In this document: positions 9,384-20,392 of the stretch, piece after piece
How the letters are laid out: each line of letters begins with the position of its first letter
Position numbering within the stretch: the first letter of the stretch is position 1
Source: Candidatus Thiodiazotropha sp. (ex Myrtea sp. 'scaly one' KF741663)
GTDB taxonomy: Bacteria; Pseudomonadota; Gammaproteobacteria; Chromatiales; Chromatiaceae
Direction of reading: 5' to 3'
DNA: 64,000 nt
Assembly (NCBI GenBank): GCA_025655555.1
Contig: JAHXIQ010000007.1
Coordinates: 83,010 to 147,009 of the forward strand
Translations under genes and position numbers: made by a program
Notes under the pieces: generated by a model
What the model was told of the DNA's origin: nothing
The model's database searches: none
The model's input: only the letters and a program-made list of their open reading frames with translations

Positions 9384-10268
9384 TCAAGAAGCTGATGAAT
9401 GGGCTATCGCCAACAGCTGCTCCCGCATTGCCAGCGCAGCATTAGAGAGTGTGCGTTTTCGATGCGTTACGATACCGAGTGACCTTGAGAGATTTAGCTC
9501 CACCACATCAAGTGGCAGCAGGTGCTTGTCGATCATGATCTGTGGCAGCAGACTCCAGCCCAAACCGATGTTCACCATCATCTTCAATGTTTCGAGATAG
9601 TCAGTGGAGAGGGTACAGTCCACCTCTCGGCTGAATGTGCTGATCCGCTGTTCGAGAATGGTTCGCGTGTAGGTGCCGCGTGTTGGTAACACGGCAGGAT
9701 ACTCTAACAGGTCGCTGAGTCCGGCCTGCTTGTATTTTGCCAGCGGGTGATCAAGTCCTACCACCGGCCTTAACGGGTCACTCCAGATAATCTCCGTTGT
9801 CAGTGATGTGGCGGGTTCCAGGGGGAGGGTCACCACAGCCAGTTCCAGCTCTCCATGTTCCACTGCCTGACAGGCTTTTTCCGATTCCATAAATCGAATG
9901 TCCAATGCCACTTTGGGGTAGCTGTCGCTGTACTCACGTAGCACCTTTGGCAGACGGTGCAGGCCGATATGGTGACTGGTGGCCATGGCCAGTCTGCCTC
10001 CAATCTCACCAGAGAGATTGGTCAGCTCCCGGCGAATATCTGTCAATTCGAGAATAATCCGTTCCGCTCTGGGCAACAGATGGCGGCCGGCTTCTGTCAG
10101 GGTTACCTGGCGCCCTGCACGATCGAGCAGCCGGATTGACAGCTCCTCCTCCAATCCCGCTATACGCTTACTAATGGCGGGTTGGGTCAGAAAGAGATTT
10201 TCTGCCGCCTGGGAGAAAGACTCCTCACGGGCAACTTCAACAAAGGCACGAAGACTGGCGAGTTCCAT
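9384..10268 (-). CDS. LysR-family transcriptional regulator, divergent from leuC
   Basis: I trimmed the ORF to ATG 10268. The N-terminal wHTH (MELASLRAFVEVAREESFSQAAENLFLTQPAISKRIAGLEEEL) is canonical LysR. A C-terminal substrate-binding domain is present. Confidence 0.9.
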   Translation of the reverse strand: MELASLRAFVEVAREESFSQAAENLFLTQPAISKRIAGLEEELSIRLLDRAGRQVTLTEAGRHLLPRAERIILELTDIRRELTNLSGEIGGRLAMATSHHIGLHRLPKVLREYSDSYPKVALDIRFMESEKACQAVEHGELELAVVTLPLEPATSLTTEIIWSDPLRPVVGLDHPLAKYKQAGLSDLLEYPAVLPTRGTYTRTILEQRISTFSREVDCTLSTDYLETLKMMVNIGLGWSLLPQIMIDKHLLPLDVVELNLSRSLGIVTHRKRTLSNAALAMREQLLAIAHSSAS

Positions 10269-10273
10269 AACTA

Positions 10274-10288
10274 TTCCAAAAAAGAATA
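10274..10288. promoter_or_regulatory. Possible LysR-type T-N11-A palindrome
   Basis: ATTCcaaaaaaGAAT is an inverted repeat (ATTC-N7-GAAT) in the LysR/leuC divergent intergenic region. It lies 6 nt upstream of the LysR start. Confidence 0.25.
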
Positions 10289-10365
10289 CATAAAATGAAA
10301 AATATGAATTTGTATTATGTAGCACACTCCCCTATGTTTTGCCTACCGAGAAAGAGGAATGAGAT

Positions 10366-11781
10366 ATGAGTGCCAAGACGCTTTACGACAAACTCTGGGA
10401 GTCCCATGTGGTACGGACAGATGAGAACGGTACCGCATTGATCTACATCGACCGTCATCTGGTGCATGAGGTGACATCACCGCAGGCCTTCGAGGGGCTG
10501 CGCCTGGCCGGCCGCAAACCCTGGCGGGTCAGCGCAAATCTGGCGACACCGGATCACAATGTACCGACCACAGAGCGTTCAGGTGGCGTGAGCACCATTG
10601 TCGACCCAATCTCTCGAACTCAAGTAGAGACCCTGGATGAAAACTGCAACAGTTTTGGTATTCCAGAATTCAAGATGCTCGACCCGAGACAAGGTATCGT
10701 GCATGTCGTAGGGCCGGAGCAGGGTGCCACCCTTCCCGGTATGACGGTTGTCTGTGGTGATTCACATACATCGACCCATGGCGCCATGGGTGCGCTGGCT
10801 TTCGGTATCGGCACCTCAGAGGTGGAGCACGTACTGGCCACCCAGTGCCTGATCCAAAAGAAATCGAAAGCGATGCAGATTCGTGTAGAGGGGCGGGTGG
10901 CTCCCGGTGTTACGGCGAAAGATATCGTCTTGGCAATTATCGGTGAGATTGGGACGGCCGGTGGTACCGGCTACGCCATAGAATTTGCCGGTCAGGCGAT
11001 CAGTGATCTCTCCATTGAAGGCCGTCTGACCCTTTGCAACATGGCCATTGAGGCAGGTGCAAGGGCGGGTTTTGTGGCGGTGGACGAGAAGACCATTGAC
11101 TATGTCAAGGGGCGACCCTATGCACCGAGTGATGAAAATTGGGAGCAGGCTGTGACCAATTGGCGCACTTTGCATAGTGACGAGGGTGCAGTGTTCGATA
11201 AGGTGTTGGTACTCGATGGCAGTGCCATCAAACCCCAAGTGACTTGGGGCACCTCTCCTGAAATGGTGGTGTCAATCGATCAATCCGTACCCGACCCAGC
11301 CGGGGAAGCGGATGACGTCAAGGCGGGTGGTATGCGTCGTGCACTCGAGTACATGGGACTTGAAGCCGGGACCCCCATAGAAATGATTCGTCTCGACAGG
11401 GTCTTTATCGGCTCCTGTACCAACTCGCGCATCGAGGATCTGCGTGCCGCTGCCGAGGTGGCGAAGGGCCGCCGAGTCGCCGAGAGCATCAAGCAGGCGC
11501 TGGTAGTACCTGGTTCAGGACTGGTCAAAGCACAGGCCGAGGCAGAAGGTTTGGACGAGGTCTTCATCGAGGCTGGATTTGAGTGGCGTGAGCCGGGTTG
11601 TTCCATGTGTCTGGCCATGAATGCAGATCGTCTGGAGCCAGGCGAGCGATGTGCTTCTACCTCAAATCGCAATTTTGAGGGCCGGCAGGGACAGGGGGGC
11701 CGTACACATTTAGTCAGCCCGGCAATGGCGGCCGCAGCTGCGGTTGCGGGTCATTTTATTGATGTTGGAAAATTGGATTAA
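10366..11781 (+). CDS. leuC: 3-isopropylmalate dehydratase large subunit
   Basis: 471 aa. The N-terminus [16 protein letters not shown]...[22 protein letters not shown] and the motifs GSCTNSR and CSMCL are aconitase-family and LeuC-specific. Confidence 0.97.
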   Translation: MSAKTLYDKLWESHVVRTDENGTALIYIDRHLVHEVTSPQAFEGLRLAGRKPWRVSANLATPDHNVPTTERSGGVSTIVDPISRTQVETLDENCNSFGIPEFKMLDPRQGIVHVVGPEQGATLPGMTVVCGDSHTSTHGAMGALAFGIGTSEVEHVLATQCLIQKKSKAMQIRVEGRVAPGVTAKDIVLAIIGEIGTAGGTGYAIEFAGQAISDLSIEGRLTLCNMAIEAGARAGFVAVDEKTIDYVKGRPYAPSDENWEQAVTNWRTLHSDEGAVFDKVLVLDGSAIKPQVTWGTSPEMVVSIDQSVPDPAGEADDVKAGGMRRALEYMGLEAGTPIEMIRLDRVFIGSCTNSRIEDLRAAAEVAKGRRVAESIKQALVVPGSGLVKAQAEAEGLDEVFIEAGFEWREPGCSMCLAMNADRLEPGERCASTSNRNFEGRQGQGGRTHLVSPAMAAAAAVAGHFIDVGKLD

Positions 11782-11797
11782 GAGGAAGGAGATAGCG

Positions 11798-12436
11798 ATG
11801 GAAAAGTTCGAGACATTCACCGGTATTGTCTGTCCCCTCGACAGGTCCAATGTAGATACAGATGCCATTATCCCAAAGCAGTTTCTGAAATCGATCAAGC
11901 GGTCGGGCTTCGGACCGAATCTGTTCGATGAGTGGCGTTACCTCGATCAGGGGGAGCCTGGTATGGATAACAGCCGGCGGCCATTGAATCCCGATTTTGT
12001 GCTTAACGATCCCCGTTATCAGGGCGCTAAAATGCTTCTGACAAGAAAGAATTTTGGCTGTGGCTCATCTCGCGAGCATGCCCCCTGGGCGCTTGAAGAC
12101 TATGGATTTCGTGTGATTATTGCGCCAAGTTTTGCAGATATCTTCTTTAATAACTGCTTTAAAAATGGGATTCTTCCTATTGTTTTAAATGAAGAGATAG
12201 TGGAAAAGTTGTTCTCAATGGCAGGCCATCAGCAGGCTTTGGCACTGACCGTGGATCTACAGGAACAACACCTGTCTCTGTCAGACGGGGAGACAATTCC
12301 CTTCGAGGTCGACGCCTTCCGCAAGCACTGTCTGCTGAATGGCTTGGATGATATCGGTCTGACGCTTGAGCACGTTGACGCTATCAAGGCCTATGAAGCG
12401 CGGCGGCAATCTGAAGCGCCCTGGCTCTTCGCGTGA
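11798..12436 (+). CDS. leuD: 3-isopropylmalate dehydratase small subunit
   Basis: I trimmed the ORF to ATG 11798 ([30 protein letters not shown]). [13 protein letters not shown] is present. It lies immediately after leuC. Confidence 0.97.
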   Translation: MEKFETFTGIVCPLDRSNVDTDAIIPKQFLKSIKRSGFGPNLFDEWRYLDQGEPGMDNSRRPLNPDFVLNDPRYQGAKMLLTRKNFGCGSSREHAPWALEDYGFRVIIAPSFADIFFNNCFKNGILPIVLNEEIVEKLFSMAGHQQALALTVDLQEQHLSLSDGETIPFEVDAFRKHCLLNGLDDIGLTLEHVDAIKAYEARRQSEAPWLFA

Positions 12437-12496
12437 AATAGCTTAGTCGGGTTGGTAATGACTTCAATCCTGAATAACTAAAGGTAACCAATTGAA

Positions 12497-13576
12497 ATGA
12501 GTAAAAAGATTCTGGTATTGCCGGGTGACGGCATCGGCCCCGAGATTGTCGCTGAAGCGATCAAGGTCCTGGCAACACTGCGCGATGAGGTGGATTTGGA
12601 TATCGATCTTGATGAAGCGCTGATAGGCGGCGCCGCCATTGATGCCACTGGTGGCCCTTTGCCGGATGCCACGCTGGAATTGGCTAAAGAGGCGGACGCC
12701 ATCCTGCTGGGGGCTGTGGGCGGACACCAATGGGAATCGCTCGATATCTCAATTCGGCCTGAGAAGGGTTTGCTGGGTCTACGCTCCGAGCTCAATCTGT
12801 TTGCCAATCTGCGTCCCGCTATCCTCTATCCGCAACTGGCGGATGCTTCCAGTCTCAAGGCCGACATTGTGGCCGGGCTCGATATCATGATCGTGCGTGA
12901 GCTGACAGGTGGTATCTACTTTGGGCAGCCTCGGGGAGTCCGGGAACTGGATAATGGTGAGCGCCAGGGTTTCAACACCCTGGTCTATGCCGAATCTGAG
13001 ATTGAGCGGATTGCCCGGGTCGCCTTCGATATTGCCGGCAAGCGGGGCGGCCGGGTCTGTTCGGTGGACAAGGCCAATGTCCTGGAGTGCACGGAACTCT
13101 GGCGTGAGGTCATGATGAAGGTTGGTGAAGGACATCCCGATATTGAACTGAGTCACATGTATGTGGATAACGCCGCTATGCAGCTGGTCAAGTGGCCGAA
13201 ACAGTTCGATGTGATGGTGACGACTAACATGTTTGGCGATATCCTGTCAGATTGCGCCGCGATGCTGACCGGTTCCATCGGCATGCTGCCTTCAGCCTCC
13301 CTGGACGAGAACGGCAAGGGTATGTACGAGCCGATTCATGGCTCAGCACCCGACATTGCCGGGCAGGGCGTTGCCAATCCGTTGGCGACCATCCTCTCCG
13401 TGGCGATGATGTTGCGTTACAGTCTGGATGAGCCGGCCATGGCCGATCGAATTGAACGGGCTGTGGATAAGGTACTCGACGATGGCCTGCGTACGCCGGA
13501 TATCATGTCTGAGGGTATGACTGAAGTGAGTTGCGAAGCGATGGGTGATGCGGTCACAGCTGCGCTGAATAGCTAG
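12497..13576 (+). CDS. leuB: 3-isopropylmalate dehydrogenase
   Basis: 359 aa. [22 protein letters not shown] and NMFGDILSD motifs are present. Confidence 0.97.
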   Translation: MSKKILVLPGDGIGPEIVAEAIKVLATLRDEVDLDIDLDEALIGGAAIDATGGPLPDATLELAKEADAILLGAVGGHQWESLDISIRPEKGLLGLRSELNLFANLRPAILYPQLADASSLKADIVAGLDIMIVRELTGGIYFGQPRGVRELDNGERQGFNTLVYAESEIERIARVAFDIAGKRGGRVCSVDKANVLECTELWREVMMKVGEGHPDIELSHMYVDNAAMQLVKWPKQFDVMVTTNMFGDILSDCAAMLTGSIGMLPSASLDENGKGMYEPIHGSAPDIAGQGVANPLATILSVAMMLRYSLDEPAMADRIERAVDKVLDDGLRTPDIMSEGMTEVSCEAMGDAVTAALNS

Positions 13577-13621
13577 GATTCTGCTGCTTTCGGCAGCGAT
13601 AACGTTAATTAGGTCTGAAAG

Positions 13622-14737
13622 ATGAAAAGAGTCGGTTTTGTGGGTTGGCGAGGTATGGTGGGTTCAGTACTTATGAACCGCATGCTGGAAGAGAATGATT
13701 TTGCCTCGATTGAGGAGCCGGTCTTCTTTACCACGTCCCAGGTGGGCCAGGCAGGGCCCGATATCGGTAAGGATATTCCGCCGCTAAAGGATGCCACCGA
13801 TATTGATGAGCTGATGAAAATGGAGGCGATTCTTACCTGCCAGGGTGGCGGTTATACCAATGCGATCTACGAAAAGTTGCGTGCTGCCGGTTGGCAGGGG
13901 TACTGGATAGATGCAGCTTCCAGTCTGCGCATGAAGGATCACACCTTGATCGTGCTCGACCCGGTCAATGATTCAGTCATTCGTGATGGACTGGTGAACG
14001 GCAAGAAAGATTTCATTGGTGGCAACTGCACCGTCAGTTTGATGCTGATGGCTCTTGGTGGGCTTTTTAGGGAAGACTTGGTGGAGTGGACGACATCGAT
14101 GACCTATCAGGCCGCCTCTGGCGCCGGTGCACGTAATATGCGTGAGTTGATCAGCCAGATGGGCAGTATCGAACGTGCGGTTGAAGACAAACTGGCTGAT
14201 CCCGCCTCCGCCATACTCGAAATCGATCAAGCGGTGGCAGAAAATCTGCGCAGTGACAGCTTCCCAACCGAGAATTTCGGTGCGGCCTTGGCGGGCAGTC
14301 TCATCCCTTGGATTGACGTACCGTTAGAGAATGGTCAGAGCAAGGAAGAGTGGAAGGGTTTTGTGGAGACCAACAAGATTCTTGGCCGTAGCGAAAATCC
14401 GGTGCCGATTGACGGCACATGCGTGAGAATCGGTGCTATGCGCTGCCATAGCCAGGCCTTGACCATAAAGTTACGCCAGGATGTGCCGATAGACGAGGTT
14501 GAGTCGATACTGAGTAGCGCTAACGATTGGATCAAGTTAATACCGAACGAGCGTGATATTACCGTATCGGAGTTGAGTCCGGCCAAGGTAACCGGTTCGC
14601 TAAGTGTCCCGATTGGACGTCTGCGCAAGATGAACCTGGGTAGCGAGTATCTCAACGCTTTCACGGTAGGTGATCAGCTTTTATGGGGTGCGGCAGAACC
14701 GCTCAGACGTATGCTGGGGATTCTGCTGGAACAATAG
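13622..14737 (+). CDS. asd: Aspartate-semialdehyde dehydrogenase
   Basis: 371 aa. [21 protein letters not shown] and [13 protein letters not shown] (active-site Cys) are present, as in gammaproteobacterial Asd. Confidence 0.97.
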   Translation: MKRVGFVGWRGMVGSVLMNRMLEENDFASIEEPVFFTTSQVGQAGPDIGKDIPPLKDATDIDELMKMEAILTCQGGGYTNAIYEKLRAAGWQGYWIDAASSLRMKDHTLIVLDPVNDSVIRDGLVNGKKDFIGGNCTVSLMLMALGGLFREDLVEWTTSMTYQAASGAGARNMRELISQMGSIERAVEDKLADPASAILEIDQAVAENLRSDSFPTENFGAALAGSLIPWIDVPLENGQSKEEWKGFVETNKILGRSENPVPIDGTCVRIGAMRCHSQALTIKLRQDVPIDEVESILSSANDWIKLIPNERDITVSELSPAKVTGSLSVPIGRLRKMNLGSEYLNAFTVGDQLLWGAAEPLRRMLGILLEQ

Positions 14738-14764
14738 AACGCGATGGATATTGAGTGTTTTATA

Positions 14765-14812
14765 AACCCCGTCGTGAAGTTGTTTGGCTGGCGACGGGGT
14801 TTTTCCGTTTTT
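14765..14812 (+). terminator. Rho-independent terminator after asd
   Basis: The stem AACCCCGTCG (14765-14774) pairs with CGACGGGGTT (14792-14801). It is followed by TTTCCGTTTTT. Confidence 0.6.
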
Positions 14813-14819
14813 AAAGGTA

Positions 14820-15860
14820 GTGATAGATCAAGTGGATAATTCGCTGAAACTGGCCATCTTCGGCGCCAATGGCTTGGTCACAGAATCACTACTGGGATTG
14901 ATTGCAGACCACCGGACGCTGCAGGGTGAAATTGTTCTGCTGGGTGACGAAGATAACGCGGGAGAGCCCGTGGAATTTGGGCGTCAGACGTTGATTATTG
15001 CCGAGGCTGCGCTGTGTGACTTCAGTGAGGTTGACATTCTGGTGTCAACCGGTGAAGCGCCTTGTGGTAGCGACTGGCTTGCAGAGGCCCGGGATGCCGG
15101 TTGTGTGATACTGGATATCGGCGGGCAATTGCGTGCACATTCAGATTTGCCACTTGTGGCAGCTGAGGTAAACCCAGGCGTACTCGATGGGGTGACCCGG
15201 GGGAGTTTTATATCCCTGCCCGATGCGGCAACACTGCAGTGCGCCACGCTGCTCAAGCCGCTAATGGATCAGGTGGGACTGGAGCGTGTGAGTCTTTTTA
15301 GTTGTCAGGCTGTTTCTGAGCTTGGCCAGGCGGGGGTCGAGGAGATCGCAAGACAGAGTGCCCAGATGTTGAATGGTAAGCCGGCAAGACCGCTGCTGTT
15401 TCCCAGGCAGGTGGCATTCAATATGGTGCCTTTGGCGTTGGAAACGGATAACCGGGATACTCAAGTACAGGAAAAGGCTGTCGCACAACATGTTGGCGAG
15501 TTATTGGACAGTCCGGCTTTACCGTTGACGGTCAGTTGCTGTTGGGTGCCGGTCTTTTTCGGGCACACGCAGGCGATTCATTTCAGTACATCGAGAGAGA
15601 CTGACCTTGAAAGCTTGAAAAGAATCTACCGGCAGACGCCGTATGTTGAATTGAACGACGATGCACAGAATCCACCCACAGCGGTGACCGACGCATCTGG
15701 AAAGAATGTTTTAGTGGTGGGAAACCTGATCGCAAGGGCGGAAAGTAAGACGGATTTCTCACTTTTGGGGGTTGCGGACAACCTGCGCTACGGTATTGCA
15801 GGAAATGCTGTGAAGATCATTGAAGTTTTGGTAAAAAGATTATTTCTCAGCTATAGTTAG
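14820..15860 (+). CDS. Aspartate-semialdehyde dehydrogenase paralogue (USG-1-like)
   Basis: LKLAIFGANGLVTESLL is a Rossmann N-terminus. The gene has the same position (asd-paralogue-fimV) as in Pseudomonas. I moved the start from TTG 14784 to GTG 14820 (GTG 14832 is also possible) because the asd terminator overlaps the longer ORF. Confidence 0.85.
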   Translation: MIDQVDNSLKLAIFGANGLVTESLLGLIADHRTLQGEIVLLGDEDNAGEPVEFGRQTLIIAEAALCDFSEVDILVSTGEAPCGSDWLAEARDAGCVILDIGGQLRAHSDLPLVAAEVNPGVLDGVTRGSFISLPDAATLQCATLLKPLMDQVGLERVSLFSCQAVSELGQAGVEEIARQSAQMLNGKPARPLLFPRQVAFNMVPLALETDNRDTQVQEKAVAQHVGELLDSPALPLTVSCCWVPVFFGHTQAIHFSTSRETDLESLKRIYRQTPYVELNDDAQNPPTAVTDASGKNVLVVGNLIARAESKTDFSLLGVADNLRYGIAGNAVKIIEVLVKRLFLSYS

Positions 15861-15975
15861 CGGCACATTGTTATGTTTATTCTAAACCTATCGGAGCTGA
15901 TCAGGGGGGTGCTAATTACCCTCTGTACAGGAGCGAGTTCAACCGATGGGGTATGTTTTCTGGCAAGGAGGAAGC

Positions 15976-18609
15976 ATGATTCGTAAGCTGTCTCTGGCAG
16001 TGGCTGTAGCAACAGCCCTGTCACCTATGGGCGCATGGGCGCTTGGGTTGGGTGACATTAATTCTAAATCGGCACTCAACCAAGACTTCAACGCCGAGAT
16101 CGATCTGCTATCCGTCGACCAGGAAGAGGTTCAGGACATCCGCGTCGGGCTGGCCTCCCAAGAGGCTTTCGACAGAGCGGGTATCGAACGACTGTTTCTC
16201 CTCTCCGGTTTGAAATTTCAACCGATGATGAGTCCGTCGGGGAAACCGGTGATTGCAGTTACCAGTTCCGATCCGATCAGAGAGCCGTTTCTCAATTTCC
16301 TGCTAGAGGTCAACTGGCCGAAGGGGAGACTGGTACGCGAATATACTGTCCTGCTTGATCCTCCGGTGACGATTAATCGTGCACCTCAAGCAGTTGCGGC
16401 ACCCAGAGTGAGTACGTCACCAGCACGTCAGGTGACAAGGCCACCCGCACGCCAGGCCATGACTGCCCCGCGTGCATCTTCTGCGACAACATCTGCTACA
16501 GGTGGCAGGGAGTATGGCCCTGTGCAACGTAATGACAATCTCTGGACAATCGCAAAGATGTTGCGTGAGCAGGGAGAGTCTGTTGAACAGGTCATGATGG
16601 CGTTGCAGCGTCACAATCCCAGCGCCTTTATCAACAACAACGTCAATAACCTGAAGGTTGGTAAGGTGCTGCGTTTGCCAGAAGAGGCTGATGTCCAGTC
16701 ACTTTCCAAGCAGGCAGCAAGAGAGGAGTTTCTTGCGCAGACTCGCGCCTGGCGGTCGGGCAAGCCCGTAGCAGCAACCGGTACGCCTAAGTCGTCAGCA
16801 CCCAGCAAACCGAGTGAGGATAGGCTCAAGCTGATCTCTTCCAAACCTGAGGGTGGCGAGGCCATGACTCGGGAAGGGGCGGATGCGGAAGTTGATCGGC
16901 TTCAGCAGGAGATATTGCTGGTACGTGAATCCAATGAAAGCGCACTGCAGGAGAACGATTCTCTGCGTAATCGTGTGAGTGAACTCGAGAAACAGATCGA
17001 TGATATCCAGCGCCTGGTCACACTCAAGAGTGATGAACTGGCCGAGATGCAGACAGCACAGCAGATCTCTTCAGAGAAAATGGCTGAGATGCAGCCGGAA
17101 GAAAAGCCTGAGATGGTGGAGGCCGAGCCTGAAAAAGAGACTGCGATGGCTCCAGCACCCGCTGAAACAGTTGAGACGCCTGTCATTCCTATCCCTGAAG
17201 GAACGGTGATAGAAGAGGCCAACATCGAGGAGATAATTACCCAGGCGGGTAAGGCTGAAGAGCCGGTTGCTCCCGCTGTGGAGGCGAAGCCACCCGTTGC
17301 AGAGCAACCAGCTGTGGCAGAAGCACCTGTGAAACCTGAGCCGGTCGAAACTCCGGTCTCCAGGACTCCCGAGAAGAAGGTCACTTACTTCGACAATCTC
17401 AAAGGGAATACCACCATGATGGGCATCATCGGTGCAGTGGCTGTGCTACTGATCGGGATGCTGTGGATGATCATGCGTCGACGCAAAGAGGCCGAGGCTG
17501 AATTTGCTGAGAGTATTCTTGTTTCGCCTGACAGTGAGGCAATATCTGCTGGCAAGGATGATGGAGACTCTCTCCATGAGGCGAGTGATGAAACCTCCTT
17601 CATGAGTGATTTTTCTCCCAGTGATATCGACGCTTTGCAGGATGAAACGGGTGAGGTCGATCCTCTCTCCGAGGCAGACGTCTATATCGCCTATGGTCGC
17701 TATCAGCAAGCTGAAGAGCTGATTAAGCAGGCAATCGAAAAATTTCCAGAACGCGAAGAACTCAAGCATAAGCTGCTGGAAATCTACTTTTCAGCCAAGA
17801 AGGGCAAAGAGTTCACCGGCCTTGCAGAGGAACTGCATGATGGAGGCCTCGAGAGCAATAATCCGGACGCGTGGTCCAAGATCACTTCCATGGGTAAGGA
17901 GCTCAATGCATCCCATGCACTTTTTGCCGGTGCAGCAGGTGCTGCTGGCATGGCGCTGTCGGATGATGATGGCCTGGATGATCTCGGCCTTGATCTCGGT
18001 TCTGATTTTTCTGAGCCAGCACCAGTGGCAGAGCCAGCGCTCGACAGTGATGAAATCGATTCCATGGATCTGAGTGGCCTGGATAATCTCGATGAAATGG
18101 ATTCAGAAAATCTTGAGGCCGATCTGTCTCTCGATTCTGAATTCCTCGATAAGATGGAATCTGGTGTCGTAGATGATTCTGATGAGGCCTTGGATATCGA
18201 TCTGAGCGATTTGGATGCAGGGTCTGAAACATCTTCTCAACAGACCGAATCTGCCAGCCTTGATTTGGCCGGTCTTGATGGCCAGGCTGGAGATGCCATC
18301 GAGCTGGAAGATTCTGAATCGTTGGACGATCTGGATCTTGAAAGTATAGAGCAGGAGCTTGAAAATCTTTCCGAAGATCTCGATGGTCAGCCGGCTGAAC
18401 CGCTTGAATTGCCTGATGTGGATAGTGAAGAGATCTCCCTTGATCTGGACTCCACTGATGAGGTGACCACCAAGCTTGACCTGGCCCGAGCCTACATCGA
18501 TATGGGTGATAATGAGGGTGCTAAGAGTATCCTGGAAGAGGTGGCCAGTGAAGGGAGTGATCAGCAAAAGCAGGAGGCTGAGGAACTGATGGGTACTATC
18601 GGTACCTGA
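15976..18609 (+). CDS. fimV: FimV-type peptidoglycan-binding (LysM) pilus/polar-organisation protein
   Basis: ATG 15976 follows AGGAGG. The protein has a signal peptide and a LysM motif (YGPVQRNDNLWTIAKML...LKVGKVLRLP). It also has a coiled-coil/Pro-rich region, one TM helix, a very acidic C-terminal half and the terminal FimV motif LDLARAYIDMGDNEGAKSILEEV. Confidence 0.9.
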   Translation: MIRKLSLAVAVATALSPMGAWALGLGDINSKSALNQDFNAEIDLLSVDQEEVQDIRVGLASQEAFDRAGIERLFLLSGLKFQPMMSPSGKPVIAVTSSDPIREPFLNFLLEVNWPKGRLVREYTVLLDPPVTINRAPQAVAAPRVSTSPARQVTRPPARQAMTAPRASSATTSATGGREYGPVQRNDNLWTIAKMLREQGESVEQVMMALQRHNPSAFINNNVNNLKVGKVLRLPEEADVQSLSKQAAREEFLAQTRAWRSGKPVAATGTPKSSAPSKPSEDRLKLISSKPEGGEAMTREGADAEVDRLQQEILLVRESNESALQENDSLRNRVSELEKQIDDIQRLVTLKSDELAEMQTAQQISSEKMAEMQPEEKPEMVEAEPEKETAMAPAPAETVETPVIPIPEGTVIEEANIEEIITQAGKAEEPVAPAVEAKPPVAEQPAVAEAPVKPEPVETPVSRTPEKKVTYFDNLKGNTTMMGIIGAVAVLLIGMLWMIMRRRKEAEAEFAESILVSPDSEAISAGKDDGDSLHEASDETSFMSDFSPSDIDALQDETGEVDPLSEADVYIAYGRYQQAEELIKQAIEKFPEREELKHKLLEIYFSAKKGKEFTGLAEELHDGGLESNNPDAWSKITSMGKELNASHALFAGAAGAAGMALSDDDGLDDLGLDLGSDFSEPAPVAEPALDSDEIDSMDLSGLDNLDEMDSENLEADLSLDSEFLDKMESGVVDDSDEALDIDLSDLDAGSETSSQQTESASLDLAGLDGQAGDAIELEDSESLDDLDLESIEQELENLSEDLDGQPAEPLELPDVDSEEISLDLDSTDEVTTKLDLARAYIDMGDNEGAKSILEEVASEGSDQQKQEAEELMGTIGT

Positions 18610-18628
18610 CGACTCTCTGATTATTCAT

Positions 18629-18660
18629 GGGGGGCGCACTTTGTGCGCCCCCTTTTTTTA
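18629..18660 (+). terminator. Rho-independent terminator after fimV
   Basis: GGGGGGCGCAC-tttg-TGCGCCCCC is a GC-rich hairpin. It is followed by TTTTTTT. Confidence 0.8.
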
Positions 18661-18943
18661 TGCTGTCAGGTAACAGAAATCCGGCAACCAAATTGATTGT
18701 GCTCAGAACTCAAAGCTTGCCCCAGACAAGAGTTACAACGCAGAGTAAGGGCATGCTTGAAGCCCCTTACCGATTTATATAAGCAAGAAAGGCCGATGTG
18801 TACCAGCCTACAGACTGCATTATCAAAGATGATTGTATGAGTGCTACAGTGGCATTTTGGCGCTTTGCTGTAGACAGGTACGCACCGGCTGAATGCGATA
18901 TTTTTGTTTGCCGGGTTAATCATTACCGGCAGGTAAATAGACG

Positions 18944-19699
18944 ATGAAGATTGCTCTGGGTGTTGAGTACGATGGCAGTGCCTTCCATGGTTGGCAGTTC
19001 CAGGGTGACGTGCGAAGTGTCCAGGAATCACTGGAGATTGCACTCTCCAAGGTGGCTGATCACCCGGTCACAGTTCAGTGTGCCGGCCGTACGGATACCG
19101 GTGTGCATGCCACTGGTCAGGTGGTCCACTTTGATACTGAGGCAGCTCGCTCAGTGCGCTCCTGGATACTTGGGACCAACAGCAATCTCCCTAACGACAT
19201 CAGCATCTCCTGGGCCAGGGAGATGCCGGAAGACTTCCATGCCCGCTTCTCGGCAATTGGCCGTCATTACCGTTACCGAATCATCAACCGGGTATATCGC
19301 TCGGCACTCTGGAGAGACCGTGCCGTCTGGATACACCATCCCCTGGATGCCTCACGTATGCACCTTGCAGCCCAGTATTTAGTGGGTACCCACGACTTTT
19401 CCTCATACCGGGCCTTGGCTTGTCAGGCGAAACACCCGGTCAGAACCATTCATAGTCTCGATGTGAAACGTGAGGGAGAGATGGTCACGATAGCGGTGCA
19501 TGCCAATGCCTTTCTGCATCATATGGTCAGAAATATCGCTGGGGTTCTGATTGCCATTGGTAAAGGAGAGCAACCAGTATCCTGGGCAGAGGAGGTGCTG
19601 GGTCTTCAAGATCGCACCCTTGGCGGTGTGACGGCGCAGCCGCAGGGGCTCTGTCTGACCCGAGTGGAGTACCCGGCTGAGTTTGGACTTTATGGCTGA
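18944..19699 (+). CDS. truA: tRNA pseudouridine(38-40) synthase
   Basis: MKIALGVEYDGSAFHGWQ.Q and AGRTDTGVHATGQVVHFD (catalytic Asp) are present. The synteny position after fimV fits. Confidence 0.95.
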   Translation: MKIALGVEYDGSAFHGWQFQGDVRSVQESLEIALSKVADHPVTVQCAGRTDTGVHATGQVVHFDTEAARSVRSWILGTNSNLPNDISISWAREMPEDFHARFSAIGRHYRYRIINRVYRSALWRDRAVWIHHPLDASRMHLAAQYLVGTHDFSSYRALACQAKHPVRTIHSLDVKREGEMVTIAVHANAFLHHMVRNIAGVLIAIGKGEQPVSWAEEVLGLQDRTLGGVTAQPQGLCLTRVEYPAEFGLYG

Positions 19700-19765
19700 T
19701 TACCCACGAGAAATCCCGGCTAAACATGGCGTCAATTAACGCCATGCTGTATCTTTCCGAAGCTT

Positions 19766-20392
19766 ATGAGAACCCGTATTAAAATCTGTGGCATCACCCG
19801 GGTGGAGGACGCTTTGGAGGCTGTGCGTCTGGGTGCCGACGCCATCGGCCTGGTCTTCTATCCGCCCAGTCCCAGAGCAGTCACCATCGAGCAGGCGAAA
19901 GCCATTGTGAAGCACTTGCCACCCTTTGTGACGGTGGTTGGGCTTTTTGTGAATGAGTCCAGAGAGCGCATCGGGCAGGTGATACAAGAGGTACCACTGG
20001 ATCTGTTGCAGTTTCACGGAGACGAACTGCCGACTGAATGCACGGGATATCACCGACCCTGGATCAAGGCAATTCGCATGCGTGAGTCCGTCGACCTGCA
20101 ACAAATGGGACAGACATACTCAGAGGCCACAGGACTATTGCTGGATACCTATCAGAAAGGTATGCCGGGTGGAACAGGCCAGTCCTTTGACTGGTGTAGA
20201 ATCCCGCATGATATCGCATCAAAAATCACCCTTGCGGGCGGGCTGAATTCACACAATGTGGAGCAGGCGATCGATCAGATACATCCCTATGCGGTAGATG
20301 TGAGTGGTGGTGTTGAAGCGGCCAAAGGTATCAAAGATGCAAAAAAAATTGCAGCTTTCATTGCAGGAGTGAAGCGTGTCGACAACAGCTGA
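19766..20392 (+). CDS. trpF: Phosphoribosylanthranilate isomerase
   Basis: 208 aa. [13 protein letters not shown] and LLQFHGDE motifs are present. The gene precedes trpB. Confidence 0.95.
   Translation: MRTRIKICGITRVEDALEAVRLGADAIGLVFYPPSPRAVTIEQAKAIVKHLPPFVTVVGLFVNESRERIGQVIQEVPLDLLQFHGDELPTECTGYHRPWIKAIRMRESVDLQQMGQTYSEATGLLLDTYQKGMPGGTGQSFDWCRIPHDIASKITLAGGLNSHNVEQAIDQIHPYAVDVSGGVEAAKGIKDAKKIAAFIAGVKRVDNS

Noticed and set aside
16902-17384. 160-aa Ser/Gly/Ala-rich ORF antisense to fimV.
   Set aside because: It mirrors the Pro/Glu/Ala-rich low-complexity part of FimV, so it is a compositional artefact.
17900-18500. The acidic C-terminal half of FimV looked like it might hide DNA tandem repeats.
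   Set aside because: Reading the nucleotides shows biased composition (GAT/GAA/CTG-rich), not a periodic unit. Acidic low complexity is normal for FimV.
18666-19043. 125-aa minus-strand ORF between fimV and truA.
   Set aside because: It overlaps the truA start. It has no RBS and a Cys/His/Arg-rich odd composition. The region is better explained as the truA promoter region.
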